Position numbers and translations under genes: made by a program. The notes under the pieces were generated by a model that saw nothing but the letters and a program-made list of their open reading frames with translations, ran no database searches and had not been told where the DNA came from. From the NCBI GenBank assembly GCA_943704425.1, contig CALSCP010001493.1, positions 1-64,000 on the forward strand: DNA of 64,000 nucleotides, in the 5' to 3' direction. Of this stretch, positions 12,547 to 25,278 are shown piece after piece (position 1 is the first letter of the stretch; the number at the start of each line of letters is the position of its first letter). The DNA is from Ministeria vibrans ATCC 50519. Lineage: Eukaryota; Protista; Filasterea.

Positions 12547-14355
12547 ATGATCACTCAACGGCTACTCCGTCGAAACGGTGTAGCGGGGGTTGCAATCGCC
12601 ATTGTGCTTGTTGTGGTTGTGTGGAAAACCACAACGTCAAATCCGGTTCGTTTTGGGGGTTTTTTGTCTTCTTTTTTGCAGTTTAGTCGCTCAAACTCAG
12701 CATAGGACATTGTGTCTGGCTCGGAGATCGTTGTGCATGCCAACGACGATGCTGTGGTGCTGGCGAAACACCGTGTGCTGCAGCGCGAAGCAGCAGACGC
12801 GCTGGCGGCTCTGCGTCGCAACCGTCCTGTGCCTCGTCGCCACTCGCTTCCCTCTGCCGATCCCCAGCGGCCACCTGCGCCGCCGTCGCCGCCCGTACCC
12901 GACCTGCCACAAGCCGAGGCGCCCAGCAAAGCCACCGAGCCCGTCCACAAGGCCGCTGATCCGCTGGTGCACGCTCCAAAGGATGGCGGCGACGCCCCGC
13001 ACATTGTGCAGACGGTCATGCACAAACTGAACCGCCACCTTTTCACCGATGTCTGCGGTAGCAAGGTACCCCCGGCAACCCCAGAGCCTCTCCAACCTCC
13101 TACTCACGCGATTCACCCCTCTCCGTGCGTGTCGCAGGTTGAGCTGGCCAAGGCGGCCAAACGATTCCCCGATTTCCCCATCAGCCGGGACACCATTACG
13201 TCCTTTGAATCGGTGAGTCTGACCTACAACACGCCCCGTTTGCCTCACACTTCCTTGGCTAGATCTGGAACGGCGACAAGTACCTCCAGCGTGTCTTTGG
13301 CTTTATCCATCCGCCCAAATCCGGCGAATACCATTTTGCAGTGGCGAGCGATGATCAGTCCGAACTGTGGCTGAGCACTGACGAATCTCCCGCCAACATT
13401 GTCAAAATTGCCTATTTGGGGACACTTGAAAGTGGCGAAGGTGAAGTGGTAAGCGACCGAGAAAGACAGTGGGAGATAGGGCGAGAGCGAGAGCGAGAGC
13501 GAGAGCGAGAAAGGAACAGTGAGGAGGGAGAGATGGGAGAAGGAAACAGAGAGGAGAGAGCGAGAGAGAGAGGGAAGTGGCAACTCACTACTGGGCTCTT
13601 TTAGTGGACGCAAAAGCACGAATGGACGAAATACCCGACACAGCGCTCGCGAGGAATCACCCTTGAGGCGGGGAAGCGATATTTCATAGACTCATTCCAT
13701 AAGCAGATGGGGGGCGGAGAGGAATTTGCAGTGGTATGACGCAATGAGAGACTCGGTGTGTGTGTGTGTGTGTGTGTATGTAATTTATCTCTGTGGTTCG
13801 CATGTGGCTAGGCATGGTCTATTCCAGGCACAGACACATTCAATGTCATTGGTACAGAGTACATCTCATGCATTCTCGAAGGTACAGCGAATCGCTCCCT
13901 TTCCAAAACACCCACAACAGACTATTGACAATTATGACATTCAGAGGCGACCACGTCCGGCGATGTAGTGCGTCTTCTGCAGGGTGTGCCCAGCCACGAG
14001 CACAAGAAGCCCCCGTCAGTGCCACTTGTCGACATTCCTGAAGACCCCAGAGAACACACTCACAAGGTTACTCACGCGCTCACTCATTCATTGTATCTTT
14101 CCTCACGTACTCCCTGTAGATTCCTCTGGTCCCAGAAGAAGACACTAAAGGTACTCGTGATCTCTTCAATGTCTTTAACTGACCCGCTTCTGTTTCTGTC
14201 AGGAGTCCTCAACGAATGCAAAGCGTACAATCCGTCGTACATTGTCAAGACACGACTTCCAATGTACAGAGGAGTCACACTCGTACGACAATCACACACA
14301 CACTCTCTCTATTACTTTGTTTTTCTCACTCTCTCTATCACACTCACTATCTATA

Positions 14356-14399
<44 letters not shown>

Positions 14400-16334
14400 T
14401 CACTTTGTTTATTACTCCTCTTGTTCTTTCTCTCTCTTTTCTTTCTCTCTCTCAACTCATTTCTCACTCACTCAACCTTTTCTGCTCAATCTGTTTTCCT
14501 CTCACTTATCGATCCTTCAATTGTGTAGGTGTTTGACTCGAGTGTCTATCCCGATGACTACACTGGTAAACTCATAAAGTTTGAAAAGGGAAAGCGCGTT
14601 TTCAACGACGGAAACCCCTTGTTGTCCAAAGCGAAGGCTGAAGAGATTGGTACAATCACACACGCACATACACCGGCTCTCTTTCGTCCGTGATGCAACT
14701 CTAACACTTTGTTTTTCTCTCTATCGCTTTGATTCTTTCTCTATCACATTATTTCTCTCACTCTCTCTATCACATTGTTTCTCTCACTCTCTCTATCACA
14801 TTGTTTCTTTGTTTCTCTCACTCTCTCTATCACATTGTTTCTCTCACTCTCTCTATCACATTGTTTCTTTCTCCCTCCTCTCTCTCTCTCTCTCTCTCTC
14901 TCTCGCTTGCTTTGTTTTTTTCTCTTTTTCTTTCTCAATAGCCAACTCGTACATGAGTGCACTTAATGGCAAACGCTCGTCTGATCCATACAATCTTGTG
15001 TCTATTGCAAATGTTGAAGAGAAATGGGACAAAACGAAGAAAGTAAACGAAAAAAAAAACACAAATTCGCTCACCACTTGTATTTATTCCCTTTTCTATT
15101 ATAATAGAGTGGACGGTATTTGGTTGAGTTGTTAGTGCGCAAAAGTAGTGCGCCAAAGGACTCCAAACCACTGATGCTATCAGAATACGTGTTTAAAAGT
15201 AGCACCGAGGTACGACTGACCCAATAATTCACACACACACACATATTTAATACACACACAACCGAACACACATACACTTTTTAGTTCTGTCATCCTCCCG
15301 GATTCAACTGGGACAAACACGCAAAGGTGTACATTGTGATTCCGGTGAAGAACCAAGGGAAGTGGCTTCAGGTGCGCACTCACACTCACACACACAATAT
15401 ATATATATAATTATATCTTTCTCTGTCACTTTCTCTATCTCATTTTGCTTCTTTCTCTCTCCCTATGCAATTTTGTTTCTTTCTCTCTCCTCTTGTCTAT
15501 CAGTTCGTTTTTTTTTCTCCCTCCTCTCTATCTCTCTGTTTCTAACTTTCCCGCTGTACGCGTGTGTAGCACTTTATTGACGATGTTGCGGAAATCTATG
15601 CAAACACACAAGACTCGCACCTGCGGGTGGTCATTGTGGACTATGAGAGCACGGACATTAATGCGCGCGCGGCACTGCAAAAGTCGGGCCTGCCTACCAG
15701 CAGTTGGACGCTCGTCGAAAAGACGGGCAAGTTTGAGCGGGCGGGCGGCGTTCAGGCGGGCGTGAATGCCATTCCTGAGGACAACGTAACCTCACACGCA
15801 CACATCTGTCCTTCTATTTATTTGGTGTTGCCTTTTTATTCTTCCAGGCGATTGTTTTTGCTTGTGATCTTCATTTGGAGATTCCTGACCGTATGATTGA
15901 CTATATTCGGAAACACACGGTCAGAGGAAAGACTGCCTTTGGGCCTGAAGTTATCCGTCTTGATTGCGACGCCACTCCCGAAGTACGTCTAGACTCACAT
16001 GGCACACACTCAAAATTCATACACAACCACTCACTCACACAACCTAAAATTTACTCACACACATCACACTTTGGGGTAGGTGCCGTTTGGGTACTGGGAG
16101 ACGGCGGGGTATGGGTTGTTTGCCATGTACAAGGACGATTGGAACCGCATTGGAGGCATGAACATTCACCAGTTCAAGGACAAGTGGGGCGGAGAGGACT
16201 GGGAGATGGTTGACCGTGTCTATAGCAATGGCTTTGAGCTGGAGCGCTTTCGCGTGCCTCAGTTCTATCATTACTTCCATTCCCACAAGGGAATGTGGGG
16301 TGACAAGAAAGGTCTTTTTGAGAAGAAGAACTAG
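12547..16334 (+). CDS. B4GALNT4: Type II membrane beta-1,4-GalNAc transferase (B4GALNT3/4-like: TM, PA14, GT7/CHGN domain)
   Basis: N-terminal TM (GVAGVAIAIVLVVVVW), PA14 (FAVASDDQSELWLSTDESP, LEAGKRYFIDSFHKQ) and catalytic domain (IPVKNQGKW, FACDLHL, GYGLFAMYKDDWNRIGGM, WGGEDWEMVDRV...FYHYFHSHKGMW). Confidence 0.85.
14738..14880 (+). repeat. About five tandem copies of the same intronic CTCTATCACATTGTTTC element
   Basis: ctatcacatt recurs five times; the last copy continues ...gtttctttctccctcctc as in the NASP intron. Confidence 0.85.
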
Positions 16335-16427
16335 CTTGGTTCGGCTCGGCTCGGCTCGGCTTGGCTTAAAGAATATTATTACTGATAATTATAAAAACAT
16401 GGATACCTGTACAGTTTTCTCTTCTCT

Positions 16428-18740
16428 CTAAAGTACACTTTGGGCCTCGTCACCGTCGCTTTGAGGTTCGTCGCAGCACTTGCGTTCCTCCTCCGTGACT
16501 GTCCATCCGGCGCGCGTGAGAATGCGATGTCGTAGTTGCACCAAACTCAGTACAATGGTGGGGTCGTTGAGGGACGTGTACGAGGGCACGGGCGGGTCGT
16601 ACGCTAAGCGACGCTGCGAGTTCAGTTGCAGTGGTTCGCCCCCGCAGACTGTTTTGGGGAGCAATAGACACGACGGCTGAGGCGTGTCGGTGGTGCACTT
16701 GACAAGGCGATCGGTTGTGGCGGACGGCCAACGTGACTGCTGCGTCTCCGTTGCAAGCTGGTCCGCCACATCGCCCAGACGAATGGTGCGCAGGTGCGAG
16801 CACACAAGCGCCATTTGACACTGGTGAGTGGGGGTGAGGCCCCTCTGCGTCTTCAAGAGGGTACGCCACTTGTCGCACAGCTGCGTCCACAACGCCCGGT
16901 CGTGTACATCGAGAGTGGCAGCGCCCACTGCAACACGCGCCAAGTCGGTGAGCACCCACCGGCGATCGTTAAACGTCTTCACATCAATGGGCTCGGCAAG
17001 AGCCTTCAGGAGCGATTGTAAGACAGGTGCGTCGGCCGCAATGGCATCGTGCATGGCGAGCGAATGCACGACCGACGTAAGCTCACGGTGGAAATGCAGC
17101 TCAGGCTGGGCAGCACGCGCAGTGGACACGCGCTGGGCAAGCAGAGTGAACAGATCACGATCAACGTAGCCGACTGCAACAAGACTCTCCAGGATGTTGC
17201 GAACGTTGGACAAGGTCAGTGTGTGAAGGAGGGTTGGCTCTTGGCGCAGACGCCCTACAAACTGCGCCAAAAGTGCACAAAAAGACTGTGTGTCTATGGG
17301 AGTCTCTTTGACGGCAGAGAGTCGAGGGCGATTAAAAATGGAGCACGACTGTCGTAGAAGAGCGACCAAGAGCTCGCGATCGCTGAGCTGTGTGATGGGC
17401 AAAAGCGACGCAATTCGGGCGACCACTGACAGGACGTTGTGCCCGCGCGGATGCTGTTTCTCATTGTACGCGTTCAGCAACAAATTGAGGCCAATCCAGC
17501 TAAGCACTGGTTTGCCACTTGTAAAGGGTGGCAGCAAGAGAGCATCGGCAACAAGATGAAGCACACGCTTCGAGTCGCGCGACCGCGAACGTCCAAAGCA
17601 GCTCGCCACACTCACAATGTCTCGCGGTGCCACGGTGCGGCAAAGCTCTGACGGAGACACGGGTAGCTTCTGAACGACTGCAGTGCAAATAAGCTCCACA
17701 GCGGGATGTTGGTTCGAGACAAAAGCGTTGAAGAGTCGCTGTGTGTGGGGCCACGAGACGTCTTCAAGGGCTTTTGGACCGAGGCGCTGGAGCATCTTGT
17801 ACGTCTGATTGAGCGTCTCGGCCACGCGTGGATGTCGTTGTTGGGACAAGGAGTTTACAAGCACGGCGGCTTCGCCCAGGGAAAAGTCGGCGAGCTGGCG
17901 ACCGCTCGACTCGTCTGCAATGGGGTTGAGAAGTGTCTCGCTGGGAGACGAAGCGAGGCGTGCCACTTGAGCGAGGTTTGAAAGGGTCTCTCCGTCGGCC
18001 GCGGTCAACGGAAAGTCTTTGACGAGACTGAGGAGGTGCTGTACAAGAGGTGCAAAGGGCAAATCGAGCGCCTTGAAGTGTTTGATGAGATGAAACAGAT
18101 GCGTAGTGTCAATTTGAATGCGCAAATCTGGTGAACTTTGCAAGTGCTGTGCGACGAAGTTGATGACTGGCTTCGAGTGCTCGTGCGTGGGATGGTTGCG
18201 ATAGAGTGCAGTGAGCGAAACGAGAGTGTCGCCCGAGGCCTGTGGCAGTAGGACGGCGGGTGCGCGGACGACCGCCAAGCCAACGGCGTCGAGCGTCACT
18301 TTGACATTATCGGCGTCCGTAGCCGCTGCAAACAGCTTTGCAACGCGAACCATGTAGCCAAGTGTCTCGGGTCCCACTTCAAAGGTGCGCGTTGGGGACG
18401 GGGCCATGGTTTTAACGCGAACGGCGACGCGATCGAACAAGTCGGGCTGTTTCACGTTGAGCAGAGTCAGCGCATGAGTATACACCGAAACGGATCGCCA
18501 GTTCATCGAATGGAGTCTAAGCGAGCTGGCCCGGCACAAGTTGGCCACGGTCGAGTCGGCAACGGCGCGATCGGCCGGTGGACACTGACGCGACGCGCGC
18601 ACAACCACAACACACGTCTCTGCCCAATTTGCATGCTCTACGGCCAGCACCGAGTCCACTACACGCACCACGCGGTGTAGGGGGATAGGCTGTTGTGAGC
18701 GCATCAGCTGCCGCAACGGCGCAAGGAGAGCAGTACTCAT
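16428..18740 (-). CDS. Intronless helical-repeat protein with degenerate C-terminal RAP motif (FASTK-like, probably mitochondrial RNA-binding)
   Basis: 770-aa Leu-rich ORF. Repeats such as ALTLLNVKQPDLFDRVA and SLVAVGYVDRDLFTLLA; C-terminal LRHRILTRAGWTV; basic amphipathic N-terminus. Confidence 0.65.
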   Translation of the reverse strand: MSTALLAPLRQLMRSQQPIPLHRVVRVVDSVLAVEHANWAETCVVVVRASRQCPPADRAVADSTVANLCRASSLRLHSMNWRSVSVYTHALTLLNVKQPDLFDRVAVRVKTMAPSPTRTFEVGPETLGYMVRVAKLFAAATDADNVKVTLDAVGLAVVRAPAVLLPQASGDTLVSLTALYRNHPTHEHSKPVINFVAQHLQSSPDLRIQIDTTHLFHLIKHFKALDLPFAPLVQHLLSLVKDFPLTAADGETLSNLAQVARLASSPSETLLNPIADESSGRQLADFSLGEAAVLVNSLSQQRHPRVAETLNQTYKMLQRLGPKALEDVSWPHTQRLFNAFVSNQHPAVELICTAVVQKLPVSPSELCRTVAPRDIVSVASCFGRSRSRDSKRVLHLVADALLLPPFTSGKPVLSWIGLNLLLNAYNEKQHPRGHNVLSVVARIASLLPITQLSDRELLVALLRQSCSIFNRPRLSAVKETPIDTQSFCALLAQFVGRLRQEPTLLHTLTLSNVRNILESLVAVGYVDRDLFTLLAQRVSTARAAQPELHFHRELTSVVHSLAMHDAIAADAPVLQSLLKALAEPIDVKTFNDRRWVLTDLARVAVGAATLDVHDRALWTQLCDKWRTLLKTQRGLTPTHQCQMALVCSHLRTIRLGDVADQLATETQQSRWPSATTDRLVKCTTDTPQPSCLLLPKTVCGGEPLQLNSQRRLAYDPPVPSYTSLNDPTIVLSLVQLRHRILTRAGWTVTEEERKCCDEPQSDGDEAQSVL

Positions 18741-18963
18741 AAAAAAGATGAATTATGAATAGGACCAAGGGGCAATGTCCGTTGTAAGCATTTGATTTAG
18801 AAATGTTTCTTCTTCTTCTTCTTCTTCTTCTAGTAATTTAATTCAATCGATAGAACGCTTTGCGACCTGCGTCACGGTACGGGATAATTTATATGTTTGA
18901 GAATCGAGAATATCTCATATGAATCAAAATATTTATACCAACTTTTCACGTCTTCATTGAATT

Positions 18964-21196
18964 TTAGAGCCGGCCAACTCGCTCGAGGGCGGGCTTCACT
19001 CCGTCGAGGGTGAGCACAAAATCGGTCTCACGAATGTAGCGAGCGCGCAACGGGCGAGGCTCAATAGGATCCAAGTCAGTATCAGTCTCTGCGTCGTAAG
19101 CAGGAATACCCGTTTGGTAGCAAAGCGCGAGCGAGCCGTCCAATCGACGAATCATGCCAGCTGGTGGTGGTCGCAGCTTCTTGGCCTTCTTCTTCTTCTT
19201 CTTCTTCTTTCTTTCCGCACGCCCAGCTCCGGGGACTCGCTGCCATGGCCATTTGCTTCGACTTGGTACGCGCCATCCATACTGATCGTAATCGGCATGA
19301 GACGCCACTCCCTCTTCGTCGTCTTCGTCGTCTTCATCGTCGTCGTCCTCTTCGTCGTCGTCTCCGCTGCCTCCTCGCGGAACCGTTCTCAGGCCAAACG
19401 CGACGCGGCGTCGACGTTTCAACGCTCCTGCGCTTGGTCGATGATGCTGGGACTGATCCGTCTCGTTCCACTCATGCGTCGCGCCCATGGTCAATGGCGA
19501 CGCAAACCCACCTGGCTCATAGTCGTGGAACTGCTGCACACCCTCCGCCTGCATCTCTCCTGCAGCTGTCTCCTTCTCGTTGGGTTCGTGGCGCTTGGCG
19601 AGTGTTCGCTCAGCGAGATCGGGCGGTAGAAGCACTTCTTGCAGCTGTTTTTCTAGAGTGTGAGGCAGAGCACGAGCTCGTCGACTGGACGCGTTGAGCT
19701 GCAGAGCAATCTGACGAGGGAGATCTCGACAATCATACTCACCATCCTGTGACTCATCGTCCATTGTCATCAATGCCATTCCCGTCGAGTACTCATCGTC
19801 ATCATCATCATCATCATCATCATCACCATCCCCATCTTCGAGTTCCTCCTTCGACTTCAGCCTCATCTCTTTCACGCCGTCCACTTCTCGCTCCATCGCA
19901 TCCCACTCTTCCAACAGACGTCTCTTGGTCTCTCCCTCCGCACTCTCATGCAGCGACTGCGCCAGCTCACGCATGCGATACGCCACGGGCGTCAGTGGAA
20001 CCGACGCAACAGGCTCACGCGACGTGCCTCCACCGATGCTCACTTTCGACGCGCTCGTTGTCAGCCTCTCCATTTCGACAGATGGACCTCGCGCTCTGCC
20101 ATCTACCAATGCCCACACTAGGCTCAGTATGACATGATTGTGCCTTTTGGTGAAATATTGTGGATCACCTTCTCGTTTTTTGAGCCTTTTCTTTTTTGGT
20201 TTTGTGGCACTCTGAAGTCGTTCGCGAGGATCATCGTCGTAAATACTAAAAGGACTCTTTGTTTTTGTTTGGCCTATGTGCAAAAACAAATTTTTTTATT
20301 ATTAATAATTATGTCAAAATTAATGACAAAAACAGAATAAAATAATTATAATATTAATTATTCTTATGTTACGAGACTGTGATAACCACGCTTCGGGAGT
20401 GTGTCGCTGTAGCGGTGGTCGTCGGACACTGTAGTGTAGTGAAAAGGACGAGGCAGACCGTGGCGAATAAGGTCGGTGAACGCTATGAATCGCGTCTGTT
20501 TTGAAAAAAAAAAAAAATAGAAACTCAAAACTCCCGCGAAAAAGCTCACATTTTTTTTCTCACCTTGAATGAGACTGCCAGGCGAAACGAGCTCCATTTC
20601 ATCGTTGTCTTCGTCTTTGTTTAGTTCAAAAAAGGGAGGGGAGGCGGCGACTGAAGCAACGTGCACGGGTGAAGGAGGTGTAGACTGTGGTGGCGGTGCG
20701 CTGGAGATTGTCTTGGGCTGTTTTTTGGGCCGTTTCGACTCCTTTTTGCTTGTCGCTCGAGCTCGACTTGCAACAACCTGTGACGGACCATCGAGAGCCA
20801 CTAGAACACTGTCCTTTGAGACTGGGGTGTTTTCACTGGGTCCCATTGTGAGCGACAGTCGACTAGTAAGGTTGAGGCACAGAGAGAGAGTGAGCGAAAC
20901 GAAACCAAGACGCGTTTATGACATTTGTACTCTGTCTTCTGTTGCTTCTTCTTCTTTGACGTCTTCTTCGGCTGAGAAGGTTCTCGAGCTTGCTGCAGAT
21001 TGCACGTGACCACCTTTTCCTCGTATTTTCGAGCGGTCGCCACTGTGGCAAGAGACTCAATCAGCAATTCAGCCTCAACTCCCACAAACCGCCATACCAC
21101 ACTCATTCCACTCCTTGTCGACCGATCCGACATTGCGCGAGACGAGACCATCTTCAACGCTTTGTTGCGCAGTAGTTCCACTGCGTCGTTTGCCAT
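18964..21196 (-). CDS. Uncharacterised low-complexity acidic/basic protein (multi-exon)
   Basis: The exons of ORFs 20364..20846 and 18964..20289 join in compatible phase (...LIQ|DAIH...SQS|RQTKTKSPF...). ORF 20801..21196 is the likely first exon. No family recognised. Confidence 0.55.
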
Positions 21197-21768
21197 AAAA
21201 GCTCATGACGTAGGCAAAATACTGACTATTATTGAAAATATTTATTACTATTAATTATTATTGTTTTAATAATAATAATAATAATTGAATTTTTGTTCAT
21301 TTTGCTGTAGATCTACAATGATTCTTGAAGATGGTCCCTACGACCCATCGGTCGTACGCGCGTGCAAGACTAGTCATGTCCTGCGCACCACATGAAAGCA
21401 ACGCAAAGTGAAAATAATTTGAACAATAATAATTAAACGGTGTGTGTTTAAAACTGTACGTATAAACAATAATTGAAACAATAAAGTCTGCCATTGCCTT
21501 TGCTTTGTATGTTGTCTTGTTTTTGGCATGTACATTGATCATGAGTACTACAACTCTCGATTTAATTATAATTGACACCCATGGGTTATAATCATGATGT
21601 TCATGGTGGATCATCATCAACCCTCGCGAGCTCGCTTGCCCATAAAGCACCACTCACCTTGTATAAGTATCATTGCAACATTTGGTATACATATATATGC
21701 TCTACTCACGATCAGCCCTTTCAGAGAAAAACGTATAACCTCGAATTGACAATAATTGTGTACTTCAT

Positions 21769-24700
21769 TTACTGCTGTAACTTGTCTCTACTGCGCTTTG
21801 TTGTTCGAAACAAATCGGTCCATTTGTCGCGTGCTGTCTTGTCACACCACTGCACAACCACCGTCTCCTGTCCGTCAATCTCAAACTTGACAATATTTCG
21901 ATCGTCTATGAAAATATCATGAGAAAAAATGATTAAAGGAAGACAGTGAAAGTATTATGAGTAGCGAGTTCGTCGCGAGTGCACAGCACAAGCGGTTGTT
22001 TTGCAACGTCGTACAAGCTGAGTTTGGAAGTTCAGTGGATTTGATAGTGTCAATGGAATAGTCTCCAATGTAAATGTACTGCGGTGGCATTTCGAGCTCT
22101 CCAAAAGGCAAACGTCGATCGACTCTAAAAGAAAAAAGTAATAAGACATTGCGGCAATTAATTGAGCATGAGAGCTATAAATTATATATTTTTAGTATGG
22201 AATGCGCACCTAAACGCAATGAGGAGCATGTCGCTGAAGAGAAATAGCCCGAGTCGTTGTTGCGCTGTAAAAGTGGTCGCAAGTCCCATTTTGCGTTTGC
22301 GTTTCTGCAAAAAAAAACAAACAGACACTTAATAATTAATGTTGTTGTGCCCTCCGTTTTAAGCATACCATTTCAGGATCATCAGAGTCAGTGCCGGTAA
22401 GAGGAAGAAGCTGGACCACGTCGCATTGGTCGACAAAACGACGGTGGGGGTTTGTCGTGAGGTCGGGCGAGTTGGCAATGAGCGCGCGTTGGAGGTGCGT
22501 GAGGATCGTGCGACGACGGTCTGCATCGCGGCAAGCGTGGATGTGCTCGCATGTCTGTTGTGACGAGTCCACTATGGCAGTGTACTGTGCAATAATGAGA
22601 GGGTTAACGTCGTTGCAGGTGTCGCTCAGAGTGCGAATGTGCCAAGTGCGTTCAAGGGCAAAGCGAAGAGGCTCGCAAAGTAGATCGGCAAGTGCACAGT
22701 TGTGAGTGGCAGCGTGAGCAGAACGAGTATGCATGAGAAACGCACGGAAGAGCTCACTCTGCGACTCCTTGTCATGGAGCGCGCTCAACATAGACGGAAC
22801 TGCATCGGCATAGACACACAATGCACGACCATGCAGCACATGTGAGTCTTTGAGTGACGCAAAGAGCTCCGCATGGCCATCACCGCCTTCTCCTCCTCCT
22901 GCACGCGCGCGCATCACCGCCTTGAGTTCGTGTCGCGCGTGTGTAGCCATGTCAGTGAACGCAGTGCCAAATAGCTCCTTGAGCTCACGCGCAGTCCACA
23001 GCGGCTCTCCTGCACGATTGGTTGCGTCGCGCAGTGGCTTCATGTACATATCACGCAACAGATCAAGGACACGCACGTGAGCCTGCAGAAGTTCCGCCAG
23101 TGTTGCTGCGCGCGTTTCCGTTCCGTACGGGCTCCATAACACCTCGTTGGTCGTCCTTGCATTCTACAACACACATGTACATCACAGGTAGACGTCAAAA
23201 CATAAAAATATACCTTGAGAGACAGTTGAGTCCCTTTGACAGACTCAGGACTGAGATGGGCCCTCAAAAAGGCGACGGGATCTGCGATGGGAGAGGCACG
23301 CACGAGAGCGGCGAGAGCCGTGTGCAAAACGGGAGTGAGGGCGTGGAGTGCATCGGCGCCCTTGGCCGTGATGGACGCGCGCACCAGTGTTCCTGTGACA
23401 GTAGCAATACGAGCGTATTCGGCGTCTGGAAGCAGCTGGGGCAAAAGAGAGAGGTGCGCGGAGGCAAGGAGTGCGGTGGTCTCGGCAGTGGCGTCTTCCC
23501 ATGCGCTGAGGCGGGAGGGAACAAAGAAGTGTGCACCTGTGTCGGCTGCGACGGTACCGGTGTTTCTGGTGAGCGGAGATGAGACGACAGGGATGCCTCC
23601 GCCGGCAAGGGACTCAAGTAGAGCAATGAGAGACTCGTCAAGGTATGAAACGTGACGAGGAATCAGAAAGTCGATACGACCGCCCGTCGGACGGCAGACG
23701 AGACTCGCCAGGAGTTGCCACAGTGTCGTCCCGGCGGCGGCAACGTTGGAGTTCGAGCTTGAGACCGATGCTGACGTTGATAATGTTGAAGGGCGCACAA
23801 GGGGGCAGGACGGGACGAGAAAAAGGGACTTTGGGGTGGCATGACAGGCAAAGGCGAGTGAGGAGAGTTTGGTGTTGGGGGTAGGGAGACGTGCGTGGAT
23901 GGCTGCAACGAGGGAGGCGGGGGTGGCTGCGTCGTAGTCGATAGGGATGCAGAGTATACCGGGCTGGACGGCGTCGCAGAGCAGTTGAAAATTGTCGAGT
24001 TGCGATGAGATGACAATGGCAGAGGTCGCGGAGCTGCCCAAATGGCTCAGAGTAAGGGAGCGGCGCAAATCGGTCGCAGGTGGGTTCGGCTCGTCTGGGC
24101 TATGCGCGGTCGAGGTTGACGATGCCGATGGCTGCTGGGCTGAGGATTGCGAGCGCCGCACACGTTGTTGTGCAAGACGGGCGGCATTAAGGGCGCGCGC
24201 TTCGCGGTCGAGTTGTGAAACGGCGTCTGATGTGTCACGTCGCAATCGGCGACTGACATGCTCCAAGTCACTTGAGCGCAGTGTTGCTGACATTGTCGTT
24301 GACTCATTGGCTGCCGTCAGGCGGTTGCGTCGCATTGAATAGGGCACGGTAGAATTGACACCGACGCGTGTGGAGGAGGAAGGTGTAGGAACCGATCCGC
24401 GCGTAGCGGAGGAGGGAGAAGCGATTGAGGAGTCGCGCGAGAGTATCTGTGGCTGAACCTGTGCCACCTGTGGAGAAGTAGGGCGCATCATGGACTTGTT
24501 CATGCGTTCCAGAGTGGCACGATCCCCAGTGGAGGCAGGCTGCCAGGGCGTCCGAGTGTCGGTCTGGCTTTTGCGGCGTCGTACGGCAGAACGGGAACTC
24601 GCCGGAGGATTTTGCATGTAGAAGCGCTTGAAATAGCCGGTCTCTGAAGCGCTCGGCGTCAGCATGGGTTGGATAGTCAGCTTTCGGATGTGTCGTTGCC

Positions 24701-25240
24701 AAACAATGTCGTCATTGGCGGCAAATGCCCATCGTTTGCTCACCTGTTTGCACATATAAAGATCATTCATTCCTAAACGTGATTCAAATTGATTGTTTGG
24801 ACTCGGTTGTACCTGAGCGACCTGGCATAGGTCGCGTACAGACAAATGGCTGAAAATGACAAGAAGCACATTATGTGGCAGTAGCGCAGCAAGGTCGGTC
24901 AGGAGGGGCTGGTGCAAGCGAACTTTCGCTTCGTATCGCTTAGCAACCAAAATATTCAGTTTTTGAATTATTGCCCACTCAACAAATTAAAGGATACCTG
25001 GCGGGTTCCCAGGCGTTGGACAAAGAGGTCGATAAAAGCATTCTTCTCAGCATTGTTCCAGTCTAAGTAAGGTTGAAGGCATGAAGACAGTGAAGGTTAA
25101 TTTTGATACTCATACGTACCAGCAAACCACGCAAAGACGGTCCGAATGCGTTCGTTGATGCGAGGGTCCTTTCTAATTGTCTCCGCCAACGTCAGCGACT
25201 TGGAGAGACTCGATGAAGTTGGCCGTTGAAGGCGATCCAT
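21769..25240 (-). CDS. ECT2L: ECT2L-like protein (F-box, DUF4347-like, DH/RhoGEF, PH)
   Basis: ERIRTVFAWF|WNNAEKNAFI; F-box LLPHNVLLVIFSHLSVRDLCQVAQ|VSKRW; IVISSQLDNFQLLCDAVQPGILCIPIDYD; DH LDLLRDMYMKPL...ELKELFG; PH LGLFLFSDMLLIA...RDKWTDLF. Confidence 0.8.
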
Positions 25241-25278
25241 CTTGAATAAAAATAACTGCATTAATTTTTGATCTTTTA

